Assembly (NCBI GenBank): GCA_943329665.2
Contig: CALQEU020000003.1
Coordinates: 90,283 to 154,282, forward strand
Direction: 5' to 3'
Origin: Bifidobacterium breve
GTDB lineage: Bacteria > Bacteroidota > Bacteroidia > AKYH767-A > OLB10
DNA length: 64,000 nucleotides
Each line of letters starts with the position of its first letter. Positions within the stretch are counted from its first letter, which is position 1. The position numbers and the translations under genes are program-made. Shown here one piece after another: positions 38,712-49,383 of the stretch. The notes beneath the pieces are model-generated. The model had not been told where the DNA came from and searched no databases. It was given only the letters and a program-made list of their open reading frames with translations.

Positions 38712-41700
38712 TTATCTCAGCAGCATAATTGTCCCTAACTTCTCTTCAATTTGATTTTTAGAACAAGGTGTTCGGTATTTTACTTTGTATGCATAAACAC
38801 CTGCAGCTGCTTCTATCTCTTCAAATAAACCATCCCACCCAATAGCGGAGTCCGAAGTTGTAAAAACCTCTTGTCCCCAACGATTGTAAATAGTTAATTT
38901 AAAAGATTCAAGATTTTCACCAAATCCAAAATACAAGTCATTTTTTTGATCGCCATTAGGCGTGAATGCCGAGGGTAAATACACCTCATTGAAACCAGGA
39001 GCCCCTTCCACTAAAAATGTATCTCTCACCGAACAACGATCCACTTTTGTTTCCACCCAATAAATGCCAGTGTCTTTCACAGTAATACTATTTGTTGTTG
39101 CGCCCGTGGACCATAAAAACAAGGTTCCTAATTTTTGCGCTTTCAATTCCACTTCAAACTTTTCGCAAATCGAAACTACCGATTGCAAATTATCGAAATC
39201 AGCAATGGTAACTTTGATGGTATCACTGCCGATGCAGAATCCATCATCTACCAACACAAAATAATTATTGGTAGAAGAAACATTTATTTGTTGACTACTA
39301 CTTCCCTGGGACCAAACATAGGAAGCTCCAACATTTCCTGCATCTAACGAAATGGTTTCTCCCTCACACAGGACCGTATCTAATCCTAAGTCCACTTCGG
39401 GAGCTAAACGCACATCTACATTAATAGTATCATACTGCAAGCAACCACTTGAATTAACCAACAACGTATACGTTCCTGTTTGAGAAACCTGAATACTCGA
39501 AGCGGTGCTGCCTGTTGACCAAGAATAATTACCTGGAAGTGTAGTAGTGAGTGTAGTCGTTTTGGGAGCACAAATATTCTCATCAGGAATTGCCGCTAAA
39601 GTTGGAACATAATCTACGTTGATGGTATCCGAAGCGGAACAACGATCAATAGAAACATTTACAAAATAAGTTCCTGCTGTATTTACCGTTTGCTGAGAAA
39701 CAGTACTTCCATCTTGCCAACTATAATTTGCATTCGAATTGGTTGCATCCAACAACAAATTCGCATTAGGACATAATGTAGTGTCGCCTCCAAAATCAAC
39801 AACTGGCAAAGCCTGTACAGTTACATTCACTGTATCTTTTTGCACACAGTTAACGGTAGAGAGTGTTAAAACATATTGTCCTGTTTGATTCACGAGTATA
39901 GATGAAGTTGTACTTCCTTGCGACCAAGAATAATTCCCAACTAAATTTGTAGAGAGGGAGATGGATTCATTCTCGCATAATAAAGTATCTGCTGGTAAAA
40001 TAAGTTTAGGTTCGAAAGTAATATTGATTGTATCCGCAGCCGAGCATAAACCAACTAAAGCAGTCACAGAATAATTTCCTGTATTGAAAACGCTTATCGA
40101 TGAAGTGGCACTTCCGGTATTCCATGCGTAAGTTGCTCCGGCATTAAATGCATTCAAGACAATACTATCTCCAGGACAAAGTACATCATCTCCACCAAAA
40201 TTAACCACAGGCAATGCTTGCACCGTCACGTTCACGGTATCCTTTTGAATACAGTTCGCCGTAGAGAGCGTTAAAACATATTGTCCGGTTTGATTCACTA
40301 GAATGGATGAAGTTGTACTTCCTTGTGACCAAGCATAATTACCAACTAGATTAGTGGATAGCGTAACGGATTCATTCTCACACAACGATGTATCTGCTTG
40401 TAAAATAAGTTTTGGCTCGGAAGTAATATTGATGGTATCACCAGAAGCACAAGAGCCAATAGAAGCAGTAACAATAAAATTACCGAGCGCAAAAACAGTA
40501 ATTGCGGACGTACTCGCCCCTGTATTCCAAACATAAGAGGCCCCAGCATTAAACGCATTTAAAATAATACTATCACCGGGACACAGAACATCATCCACTC
40601 CAAAATTGACGGCAGGTAATGCTGCGAAATTAACGATGGTAGTATCTCTTTGAATGCATCCATTATCGTTGGATTGCACCCAATAAATTCCATTTGTATT
40701 CACTACGAGTGAAGTTCCACTGCTTCCATCCGACCAAGTTAATACTCCAACACCATTAGATTGAATTGTAAAATTTTGACCGCTGCATAAAGTAGTATCG
40801 GCACTGGATGAAAGTGGAACAGAGAAATTTACATCAATAGAATCTCTATCGATGCAAAGACCATTACTTGCCTGCACCCAATAAACACCAGATTGTATTG
40901 CATTTAAAGTTTGTGCAGTAGATCCATCTGACCATAAATAAGTAGCACCAATATTGGAAGCATCCAATAAAATAGTTTGTGTTGGACATAAAGTAGTATC
41001 TGTTCCTAAATTAATTTGCGGTAGGGCGTTAACGGTAGCAAGCATCGTATCGCGCAAAACACAACTTCCGCTACTTACCTGCACCCAATACGATCCGCTA
41101 GATGCGACCGATATGGTTTGGGTAGTTGCATTGGTAGACCACAGATAAGACGCTCCTGCAACACCGGGATCCAAGAGGATAGTAGCGGTATCACAAACTG
41201 TAAGATCGGGTCCTATCGAAACACTACTTAACGTATTTACCAAAATACTATCTCTTCGATTACAACCTGGATAATTGATATCGACATAATATAATCCAGC
41301 TGCATTCACTGTTATTGCTTGTGTTGTGACGCCTGTACTCCAAGCATACGTTGCACCAGGATTCAATGCATTCAAAGAAATAGTACTTCCTGGACACAAA
41401 ACGGTATCGGGCGGTAACGGATCGGCAGGACCGGAGGTGACAGTAATTTGAAAACAGATAGTATCTCTTAAGTTACATGTGAGAGAATCGTATACCACAC
41501 AACACGCATCATACACTCCCGTAGTCAAATAAGTATGAGATGGATTCTTCGTGCTATCTAACGTTGATGCATCACCGAAATCCCAGGAATAAATCATTTG
41601 CGCTGATCCGCTAGTACTTGTATTGTTGAAACTAACCGTTAATGGAACGCAACCGGTATTGCTTGGACTCACGGTTCCGGTAGCCGTAATATCTACAAAT

Positions 41701-43829
41701 TGCATATCAATTTTAAAAACGGCGATATCCCAACTTGCACCTGCACCTTTGGTTGTAGCAACGGATCCAGGAAGTGTTGGAAATGTGTTGGAGCCCGTGC
41801 ATACCCCTTGATAAATAATTCCTCGACTATCAAAACGACTGGTTCCTCCATCCACATGATCACCACCAGAACCATAATAAGTAGCAAAAACAAGTGCGGT
41901 GGCATCTTGATTAATTACAGCTTCATAAAATGATCCACCGCTAGGAATGGCATTTGGCGTAATGGCATAGCCAGCAACGGTCCCAAATCCACTTATATAA
42001 ACTTTATTGCAATTATCCACAAGAAATGCTGTAGGCGAAAAATTTGCTGAACTTGCTGTTCCCAAACAAGTTTGAAAAATCACTGAACTAAAATCATACA
42101 AGAATTTAATGATGAAAATATTTCCACTTACCACACCATAACAACCAGGAGTGATGGGCAAATTCCCTTCTGTTATTCCATAGAGATAAACATTATTACT
42201 TGCATCCAACTGCAAGAAATACGCTTGATCATATCCTGATGTTCCGATATAAGAAGACGCTAATGCAAAATTTCCAGTAGAGGCCAAATACATCACCCAA
42301 CCATCCATTCCACCTCCTAAAAAGGCAGGGTGAATCGCACCTGCCAATACCGGAAAATTAAGACTTGAAGTAGCACCAGATATATACAATCCAAAACCAG
42401 ACGCATCGAGCTTCAGTCCCAGCGCTGCATCATCTGCACTTCCTCCCACAAAAGTTGCCCACGCTAATGTAGCGAAAGAAGCATTCAATTTGATGATCAC
42501 ACCATCTTGTGCACCATTATAAGTAGCATCCAATGCACCAACTGTTGCAGGAAAATTATTAGATGTTGTGAAGCTCGCAATGTAAACTGTCCCTGCTGCA
42601 TCCGCAATAATTTCTCCTCTGAATGTATCACCATAATTGTAAGTAATTACATTTTGTCCATCATTCGAAGTTCCTCCAATAAAAGTAGAACCTACCAACG
42701 CAGTACCTGTACTATTCAATCGGGCGACGATAATATCTGAACCTCCATTATGTGTATTATCATAACAACCCGGAGTTGTAGGAAAATCAGTTGAGAAACA
42801 GGAGCCATAAATTAACAAGTCGAAATTGGCTAAGGAAAACATACTATGTACATATTCTTGATCGTTTCCACCCAAGTAAGTAGAATAAATTCTAGCGGAT
42901 CCTGTTGGATTAAGTTTAGTAATAGCAATATCTACATTCCCTCCGAAAGTACCATCAAAAGCGCCTGGAGTTATTGGATAACCGGTTCCAAAACATCTTC
43001 CCCCTGTAATAATATTTCCAAGATCATCATAGGCTGCACTATGTCCGTAGGTAGTAGCGTTTGATCCCGAATAAGTAGAAGCCACAACAACGGGATCAAT
43101 GATCAAAGGAAGGTTTGCATCGTAATTTCCAACTTGAAAAGATACCTCATCTTTATTCAAAACAAAATGACAAGTTACTTCTCTTTGTTTTCCTTCTACA
43201 AGCTGATATGCAAAAGGTTTTAACTCTGAAAAAATACCTACTGTTGTGCTTACGACTAAAGCACCATTATCATCAATCATCATACGATCAGCGCCATGAT
43301 ACTTCATCACAACCTGACGATAATCACTGTGAGGTTGAACAATAAAATCATACTTTGGTGATCCATGCTCTGAATACACCTCTAAATTAATACCTGAATA
43401 AAGAGAGTTATAATGTATACGCCCATACCCATTAACGTTAGAAGCCCACTTTTCACTTTTGTTACCAATAAAATAATTGCTATACCCAGCAAATAATTGT
43501 TCACCTAATGGCTGAGTTGATTGAGCATTTAGAAAATCAATTTTTAAACCATGAAAATTCATTTTAGTTTTATTGGCTACCTCAGGACCTTTATCATGTT
43601 CTAACTCATGAATGTCAAAAAGGTGTTGAGGATTTAACAATGTATAGCTAAAACCTTTTTCTTCTAGGAACAAAGCCCCCCCTTTAATATCGGTTCGATA
43701 CAAGACATGCGAATCCCATTGTCCTTTATTTTCTTTGAACTCTAAAATGTTTTTTTCTGCATCTCCATGTGCTGTTGCAATGGAATTAATGAGAAGAAAT
43801 AATGCGATGAAATGGATGCGGATAGTCAA
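38712..43829 (-). CDS. Large T9SS type B cargo with SBBP-like propeller, PKD and Ig-like repeats
   Basis: FKENKGQW, YSNYFIG, LIIDP, STYLGG repeats, PKD WDFGD, CTD PSAFTPNGD..YNRWG. Confidence 0.9.
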   Translation of the reverse strand: MTIRIHFIALFLLINSIATAHGDAEKNILEFKENKGQWDSHVLYRTDIKGGALFLEEKGFSYTLLNPQHLFDIHELEHDKGPEVANKTKMNFHGLKIDFLNAQSTQPLGEQLFAGYSNYFIGNKSEKWASNVNGYGRIHYNSLYSGINLEVYSEHGSPKYDFIVQPHSDYRQVVMKYHGADRMMIDDNGALVVSTTVGIFSELKPFAYQLVEGKQREVTCHFVLNKDEVSFQVGNYDANLPLIIDPVVVASTYSGSNATTYGHSAAYDDLGNIITGGRCFGTGYPITPGAFDGTFGGNVDIAITKLNPTGSARIYSTYLGGNDQEYVHSMFSLANFDLLIYGSCFSTDFPTTPGCYDNTHNGGSDIIVARLNSTGTALVGSTFIGGTSNDGQNVITYNYGDTFRGEIIADAAGTVYIASFTTSNNFPATVGALDATYNGAQDGVIIKLNASFATLAWATFVGGSADDAALGLKLDASGFGLYISGATSSLNFPVLAGAIHPAFLGGGMDGWVMYLASTGNFALASSYIGTSGYDQAYFLQLDASNNVYLYGITEGNLPITPGCYGVVSGNIFIIKFLYDFSSVIFQTCLGTASSANFSPTAFLVDNCNKVYISGFGTVAGYAITPNAIPSGGSFYEAVINQDATALVFATYYGSGGDHVDGGTSRFDSRGIIYQGVCTGSNTFPTLPGSVATTKGAGASWDIAVFKIDMQFVDITATGTVSPSNTGCVPLTVSFNNTSTSGSAQMIYSWDFGDASTLDSTKNPSHTYLTTGVYDACCVVYDSLTCNLRDTICFQITVTSGPADPLPPDTVLCPGSTISLNALNPGATYAWSTGVTTQAITVNAAGLYYVDINYPGCNRRDSILVNTLSSVSIGPDLTVCDTATILLDPGVAGASYLWSTNATTQTISVASSGSYWVQVSSGSCVLRDTMLATVNALPQINLGTDTTLCPTQTILLDASNIGATYLWSDGSTAQTLNAIQSGVYWVQASNGLCIDRDSIDVNFSVPLSSSADTTLCSGQNFTIQSNGVGVLTWSDGSSGTSLVVNTNGIYWVQSNDNGCIQRDTTIVNFAALPAVNFGVDDVLCPGDSIILNAFNAGASYVWNTGASTSAITVFALGNFIVTASIGSCASGDTINITSEPKLILQADTSLCENESVTLSTNLVGNYAWSQGSTTSSILVNQTGQYVLTLSTANCIQKDTVNVTVQALPVVNFGGDDVLCPGDSIVLNAFNAGATYAWNTGSATSSISVFNTGNYSVTALVGLCSAADTINITFEPKLILPADTLLCENESISLSTNLVGNYSWSQGSTTSSILVNQTGQYVLTLSTVNCVQKDTVNVTVQALPVVDFGGDTTLCPNANLLLDATNSNANYSWQDGSTVSQQTVNTAGTYFVNVSIDRCSASDTINVDYVPTLAAIPDENICAPKTTTLTTTLPGNYSWSTGSTASSIQVSQTGTYTLLVNSSGCLQYDTINVDVRLAPEVDLGLDTVLCEGETISLDAGNVGASYVWSQGSSSQQINVSSTNNYFVLVDDGFCIGSDTIKVTIADFDNLQSVVSICEKFEVELKAQKLGTLFLWSTGATTNSITVKDTGIYWVETKVDRCSVRDTFLVEGAPGFNEVYLPSAFTPNGDQKNDLYFGFGENLESFKLTIYNRWGQEVFTTSDSAIGWDGLFEEIEAAAGVYAYKVKYRTPCSKNQIEEKLGTIMLLR
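39790..40620 (-). repeat. Intragenic tandem duplication with a 405-bp (135-aa) period
   Basis: GATGAAGTTGTACTTCCTTG occurs at 39901 and 40306; the protein segment WSQGSTTSSILVNQTGQYVLTLST is repeated. Confidence 0.85.
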
Positions 43830-43873
43830 TGCGCGTGAAATTTAGACCCTTAAATTACAAAAAATCTATTTAA

Positions 43874-44034
43874 TACCAAATAAAAGTATATTTTAGTCCT
43901 ATCTGCTAGTCCTTTTTCACCAATACTTCTTAAAAAAATAGTTCCGCAGGCTAGGGCTATTCAACCATTTTTTTAAATCGTCTTGGCAAAAAAATACGTC
44001 GCAGCTTTTAGCTAAAATATACTTGTATTTGGTA
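43874..44034. mobile_element. 161-bp MITE-like element, copy 2
   Basis: Same length and near-identical core as copy 1, TACCAA...TTGGTA ends, TAA flanks at 43871-43873 and 44035-44037. Confidence 0.88.
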
Positions 44035-44104
44035 TAATTCGTATTAAAATATTAGTTTTGACGATAATTATCCCTAAATATTACCAAATCCACTGAAAAA
44101 CGGC

Positions 44105-44545
44105 ATGAATTACCTCAATCAAATCGACATTAATTTGCCTCGTGCACGTGTAGTGGAACTTTTTGATAATACCGAAAATTTAAAAGAATGGATGCCCGGA
44201 TTGTTGCTCTTTGAAACGGTTGAAGGACAACCCGGAAAACCTGGATCGAAGTCGAGGATGGAATTTCAAATGGGCAAAAGAAAAATCAAAATGATTGAAA
44301 CGATTATTTCCAATAATCTGCCCGATGAAATGGAAGGATATTATGAAATGAACGGAGTTAAAAATAATATCAAAGCATCCTTTGTTGAAATTGAACCAAA
44401 CAAAACCTTGTATACTTCAGAAAGTACATTCATGCTATCGGGAGTTATGTGGCTTATTGGACCCTTAATGAAAAAAACGTTCATGAAAACTTCTCAAGAT
44501 TATCTTGAACGATTTAAACAATTTGCTGAAGGAAAAGGATTGTAG
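44105..44545 (+). CDS. SRPBCC (START-like) family protein
   Basis: IDINLPRARVVELF...NLKEWMPG pattern and a C-terminal amphipathic helix. Confidence 0.8.
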   Translation: MNYLNQIDINLPRARVVELFDNTENLKEWMPGLLLFETVEGQPGKPGSKSRMEFQMGKRKIKMIETIISNNLPDEMEGYYEMNGVKNNIKASFVEIEPNKTLYTSESTFMLSGVMWLIGPLMKKTFMKTSQDYLERFKQFAEGKGL

Positions 44546-44602
44546 TAGTATGGATGAATTATAATTGATTTGCGTTTACTTACCCATTAATTAAAAAAAT
44601 AT

Positions 44603-45169
44603 ATGAATCTTGTCTTCAAAGATATTCTATCTATCACTATGATTTTATTCGCGGTGATTGATATTATCGGATCTTTACCCGTCATCATAGAAACCAGAAA
44701 ACGCGTTGGTATGATCCACGCGGAAAAAGCCACTTTCGCTTCATTACTTATTATGGTGCTGTTTTTATTTTTAGGAGAAAGCATTTTAAATTTAATAGGT
44801 ATTGATGTTTCTTCCTTTGCAATTGCTGGATCTTTAGTGATATTTTTCCTTGCGTTAGAAATGATTTTAGGAATACGATTGTACAAAGACGAAGTTCCTG
44901 AAACTGCTTCTATCGTTCCCATCGCTTTCCCGCTTATTGCAGGAACCGGAACCATGACCACCTTAATTTCATTGCAATCACAATACTCCACAGAAAATAT
45001 ATTAGTAGGAATTTTCGTTAATATGGTCGTTGTTTACATCGTACTTCGATTGGTGGAACCTATCGAGAAATTATTGGGTAAAGCGGGCATTAGCATCATC
45101 AGAAAAGTATTTGGAATTGTATTGATGGCCATTGCGATTAAATTATTCCGTACTAATTTAGGATTTTAA
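44603..45169 (+). CDS. marC: MarC family membrane protein
   Basis: LFAVIDIIGSLP, SFAIAG and VPIAFPLIAG. Confidence 0.9.
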   Translation: MNLVFKDILSITMILFAVIDIIGSLPVIIETRKRVGMIHAEKATFASLLIMVLFLFLGESILNLIGIDVSSFAIAGSLVIFFLALEMILGIRLYKDEVPETASIVPIAFPLIAGTGTMTTLISLQSQYSTENILVGIFVNMVVVYIVLRLVEPIEKLLGKAGISIIRKVFGIVLMAIAIKLFRTNLGF

Positions 45170-45190
45170 AAACCGATCAAACTAAATCGA

Positions 45191-45553
45191 ATGTCAAGAT
45201 TAGTTAAAAGTTTTACATTTGCATTAAAAGGGATATATTTCTATATTACCTCTAAAGGAAATGTGCGCATACATCTTTTAGCCACAGTGTTCGTCGTTGG
45301 AATGGGATGTTGGTTACACGTATCAATAAAACAATGGGTTTTACTTGTTCTTGCTATTGGGATGGTGCATACTGTAGAAGCAATTAACACCGCCATTGAA
45401 GAAATTGTCAATTTTATTTCTCCACAACAACATCCATCTGCAGGAAAAATAAAAGATTTAGCGGCAGGTGCCGTTCTAATTATCGCAATAACGGCAGCAC
45501 TGATCGGGATCATTATTTTTATTCCTCTACTTGTTCAGAAACTCAACTTGTAA
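45191..45553 (+). CDS. dgkA: Diacylglycerol/undecaprenol kinase (DgkA family)
   Basis: SFTFALKG, EAINTAIE and KIKDLAAGAVL. Confidence 0.9.
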   Translation: MSRLVKSFTFALKGIYFYITSKGNVRIHLLATVFVVGMGCWLHVSIKQWVLLVLAIGMVHTVEAINTAIEEIVNFISPQQHPSAGKIKDLAAGAVLIIAITAALIGIIIFIPLLVQKLNL

Positions 45554-45559
45554 TTGGTA

Positions 45560-46110
45560 TTAATCGACTAACAAAACTTTATTGATTCCAATAGGTTGAT
45601 TGACATAAATTGTTTTTAATAGATACATTCCAGACATTAAACTTCCCTTATCAAAATGAGTAGTGATTCCATCTGCTCCAAATTGATGTATGAGTTTACC
45701 GGTTAAATCAAACAATTGGAAACTCACTTCTGAATAATTCACATCACCACGAACAACAAAAGTTGCTCCACTTTGAATAGGCATCGGGAAAATTTCTACT
45801 GAATAATTTTCAGCCAAGAGTTCACCTTCTCTACAATTTACATAGCACCAAATGATCCCGAAAAAATTTGTTTGGAAGTACCTGTACCAATCATCCAAAA
45901 CAATGAAGCACCACCACTATTAAAATTACTATAATCCTCAAACCACCACTCGTTTGTATTACCAACTGCAGGAGCAGGTACAGTATAAGTTACATTCGTT
46001 TGAGAACAAAATTCACTTGAATTAGGAGATACCGCGATAAACTGAGCATTTGCCTGGTGAAGATTAATAAAAAGCAGAATGATCGTTGTTAAGCATAAGA
46101 ATTGCTTCAT
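45560..46110 (-). pseudogene. Internally deleted, frameshifted T9SS type A cargo gene
   Basis: The frame carrying the signal peptide (46110-45838) is joined out of frame to a CTD frame (VNCREG..IFPMP..FDLTGK..SGMYLLK..KVLL). Confidence 0.7.
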
Positions 46111-46226
46111 TGAACGAAGATTGATTAGTTTACATGTAATGTACTAAAAGGAGAGGTAAAACTTTGCGACAACAATTCAATTAAAAAATTAAATATTTTG
46201 GCTAACATTATAAATCCATAGGAAAA

Positions 46227-46964
46227 TTAAGCCAAAATCACCTCTTCAGAAGTTAATAAAGCTTGATTCTTCAACCTCAACAAAATCTGCATTACTGTTA
46301 CCACATCCTTTTGGCAATAAGTAACAATACGATTCAAATCCTTTTCATTCCAATAAACCGAACCTACTTGTGATCCATCAATATCATCTTTCGGACTTGG
46401 AATTCCTAAAATATAAGCCAACAAATTTAACGGCGTATAATTTTTATAATCACCAAACTTCCATAATTCCATGGTATCTAAATGTGGAATTTCCCAAGGC
46501 TTCTTACCATACAAATCGAGTTGTGCGGGAAGTGGAATTCCATGAATCACCATTCGTCGACTCATGTATGGAAAATCAAATTCCTTTCCATTATGACCAC
46601 ACAAAATCATGGGTATTTTTTTATTTCGCTTATCCGATTCGGTGATTTGATTTAACAGCGCCGCAAAATTTTCCAATAATATTTTTTCATCATCGCCATA
46701 AAAAGATTTTAATCGAAACTGCCTACCTTCATCCTTGCAGGAAAGAAATCCGGTGGTGATGCAAATAATCTTTCCAAACTCAGCATAAATACCCGCTCGC
46801 TCATAAAGATGCTGTTCTTCCATCCCCTCTTCACGTTTTAAGTTGGATGCTTTTCGGAGCCACAATGGCTTTAGTTCCTCTGGAGCATCTTCAAAAGTGG
46901 CATACTGCGGAACCGTTTCAATATCCAGACAAAGGATGTTTTCTAAAGAAATGGAATTAATCAT
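46227..46964 (-). CDS. 3'-5' exonuclease (PolB exonuclease-like)
   Basis: DEDD-type motifs LDIETVP, GHNGKEFDFP, HLDTM and YCQKDV. Confidence 0.9.
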   Translation of the reverse strand: MINSISLENILCLDIETVPQYATFEDAPEELKPLWLRKASNLKREEGMEEQHLYERAGIYAEFGKIICITTGFLSCKDEGRQFRLKSFYGDDEKILLENFAALLNQITESDKRNKKIPMILCGHNGKEFDFPYMSRRMVIHGIPLPAQLDLYGKKPWEIPHLDTMELWKFGDYKNYTPLNLLAYILGIPSPKDDIDGSQVGSVYWNEKDLNRIVTYCQKDVVTVMQILLRLKNQALLTSEEVILA

Positions 46965-47147
46965 ATTTCGAATCTTTTAACCAAAGATAAACATCCGAAT
47001 GGATTTAATCGTCTCTAAACGACAATAAACGTTTACCTACGATTCGTATCTGAAATTCAACACTTCATATTGTAAATTTCATTTTTATTCTACTGGAATA
47101 GTTTTGAAATGGAACTTTATACATTTTTCTACAATTTTCGTTCTTCT

Positions 47148-47606
47148 ATGAAAAAGATCCTTCTCTTCTTCCTTGTATTTGCCAATGCATTACAAGCACA
47201 AACTATTAAAGGAAAGGTTACGGATCAACACACCCAACTATCACTCGCCTTTGTTACCATTGTGGAAGAAGGAACTCAAAATGGAACGTCTAGTGATATC
47301 GACGGTTATTTTTCGATTAAATTAAACAACGAGAATTCTAACATTGTGTTTTCCTATTTAGAATATGAAACTAAAATTCTATCTCCTGAAAAAAATATAT
47401 TGTGGAATGTTTCCATCTTGCCACAAGCTATCAATATCAAAGAGGTGAAAATTCTTCCAGTAGAAAACCACAAAAAATATCTAGAAGTTGCCATCGACAA
47501 GTTGCCATCGACAAGCTGCCATCGACAAGCTGCCATCGACAAGCTGCCATCGACAAGCTCAGGCAACTCAGGCAACTTAGGCAACTCAGGCTGCCATGTT
47601 GACTGA
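47148..47606 (+). pseudogene. Truncated outer-membrane protein with carboxypeptidase-regulatory-like N-domain (DUF5686-type)
   Basis: Signal peptide, IKGKVTD...GTSSDIDGYFSI...FSYLEY...EVKILPVEN, then the frame runs into tandem repeats and stops. Confidence 0.7.
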
Positions 47607-47622
47607 GGCACTCGAGGTCAAC
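47487..47622. repeat. Compound tandem repeat: 5x14 bp G(T/C)TGCCATCGACAA, 4x9 bp CTCAGGCAA, then a GTTGAC..GTCAAC hairpin
   Basis: Counted directly (47487-47556 and 47558-47593); resembles a TCGACAAGCTCAG REP-like unit amplified by slippage. Confidence 0.85.
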
Positions 47623-47684
47623 CAGAAGATTTCTCTCGGTACTACAACTAATCACCGCAAGAGAATTTCTATTTTCAAAAAAAA

Positions 47685-48095
47685 CTAGCGAATCATCACT
47701 CCACGTTTTTCCAATAAAGGAATATGTGTGAAGTAAGATGGGTTGATGGATTCAGGAAGGAAAATATATTTCTTATCGAATATTTCTCCGTTGATGTAAA
47801 AGCTCAACCAATACTCATTGTTTAATCCAAACACTTTATGTTGGATGGGTTCAATCAATGAAAAACTTAATGGACTCATATCTCCTAAAAAATGGCGCAA
47901 GGTTGAGGTCATCACTTCTTCTCCATTCAAAACGCCATAACCTTGACTTGCAATCATTACATTTTCGATGGGCGTTTGTTTCAAATTCAAAATATATACT
48001 TCCCAAATCTGCTCTTCCTCTGCTAAATTTAAATCAATAGGAATTACCGCAATAGCAATGTCCTCAACAGCAATATGCTTAATATCTCTCAACAT
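47685..48095 (-). CDS. Hypothetical protein, probably conserved in Bacteroidota
   Basis: Clean ORF with a TATCTTTG promoter box at 48137-48144; motifs TSTLRHF and LNNEYWLSFY. Confidence 0.75.
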   Translation of the reverse strand: MLRDIKHIAVEDIAIAVIPIDLNLAEEEQIWEVYILNLKQTPIENVMIASQGYGVLNGEEVMTSTLRHFLGDMSPLSFSLIEPIQHKVFGLNNEYWLSFYINGEIFDKKYIFLPESINPSYFTHIPLLEKRGVMIR

Positions 48096-48240
48096 AATCT
48101 CTAATTCATTTTAACGTTTCCATTTCACAGTTGTTGCAAAGATAATGTCAAATCCATCCAATTTAAAGATTAAAAATTACATTTATTTTGCATTAAAAAT
48201 GGAAGCTTCGATTTAGATGATAAAATAAGCGCTAAAACAT

Positions 48241-49383
48241 TTATGGAGCACATAATTTCAAAGCTCCTCGAACATAAATGGGTAAATCGATAAGAGATTT
48301 GTCAGCCGCTTGATTTCGATGATGTCCCAATCGAACCATAATGATATCTTTGGATGGAATCACAACTATATATTGCCCCAAAATACCTCGACAATAAAAG
48401 ATCTTTTCTCCATCTACTTCTGAAATCCACCATTGGTAGCCGTATTCTTTATTCCGTTTTCCATTGTCTAATAACGGTGCTGGCATAACGCTTTCCATCA
48501 CGAAGGAAGAATCTATTAATTGTTGCCCTTGCCAATTTCCCAAATGCAAATACAAACCCCCTAACTTTGCGAAATCTCGTGCATTGGAATAAATACAACA
48601 GGAAGCTTTTTCCATTCCTTCTTTTTTGTCGATGGTCCACTCAGCAGCATGCTCAGCACCCAAAGGCTTCCATAATTTTTCCGAAGCGTACTCCGATAAA
48701 TTTTTTCCAGTTGCACGCATTAGTACCATGGCCAACAATTGCGTTGCGCCGCCTTGATAATAATAATTCACACCGGGAGTATCCACCACTTCCAATCGAT
48801 TCATCAATCCTGTCAAATCTTTTCCGTAATACGCTTCGGTTGTTACACTAAATAAGCTTGCATACGCTTCGTCCCAACTCAACGCTGCCGACATGGTAAT
48901 TAAATTCCGCAGCGTTAATGTTCCTTTGCTATTGTTTGCATATTCAGGAATAAATTCTCCCACTGTTTGATTGAGACTTTTAATTTTACCTTCTTTCAAT
49001 GCCACGCCGGTGAGCATTCCAATTACACTCTTCGACATTGAAAAAGAATTTGACAAAGAGGAATCACTGTACCCATCCCAATACGCTTCGTAAACTAATG
49101 AATCATGATGGATCACCAAATACGCAACACTGCGTTCACGATTCAATTCATTAGCCGTGTTCGTATCCAACGTTTGCTTATTATAGGTTGAAGCTAAAGG
49201 CCAAGGTTGAGCAATACCCGCTTCTACCTTGCGCTGAATAAAAATATCATTATCGTCAATATCGACAAAGTTGTAGACGAGTGCTTTAAATACCCATGCT
49301 TTACCACTTGTAAGGATCAAACAACAGGCTAACAACAGGATAACACCAACAATTTGAAATATACGTTTGATTACTTTTTTCAC
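48241..49383 (-). CDS. Serine hydrolase, beta-lactamase class C-like family
   Basis: SxxK motif SFSMSKS, LWKPLG, ARDFAKLG and YGYQWW. Confidence 0.9.
   Translation of the reverse strand: MKKVIKRIFQIVGVILLLACCLILTSGKAWVFKALVYNFVDIDDNDIFIQRKVEAGIAQPWPLASTYNKQTLDTNTANELNRERSVAYLVIHHDSLVYEAYWDGYSDSSLSNSFSMSKSVIGMLTGVALKEGKIKSLNQTVGEFIPEYANNSKGTLTLRNLITMSAALSWDEAYASLFSVTTEAYYGKDLTGLMNRLEVVDTPGVNYYYQGGATQLLAMVLMRATGKNLSEYASEKLWKPLGAEHAAEWTIDKKEGMEKASCCIYSNARDFAKLGGLYLHLGNWQGQQLIDSSFVMESVMPAPLLDNGKRNKEYGYQWWISEVDGEKIFYCRGILGQYIVVIPSKDIIMVRLGHHRNQAADKSLIDLPIYVRGALKLCAP

Noticed and set aside
45838-45898. Programmed frameshift producing a full T9SS protein
   Set aside because: No convincing slippery site with a downstream structure, and the fused product would lack a functional domain; deletion is simpler
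47487-47593. Possible CRISPR array
   Set aside because: The repeats are directly adjacent 14- and 9-mers with no unique spacers, and no cas genes are present
47354-47655. Overlapping ORFs with repetitive peptides
   Set aside because: They are translation artefacts of the tandem repeat
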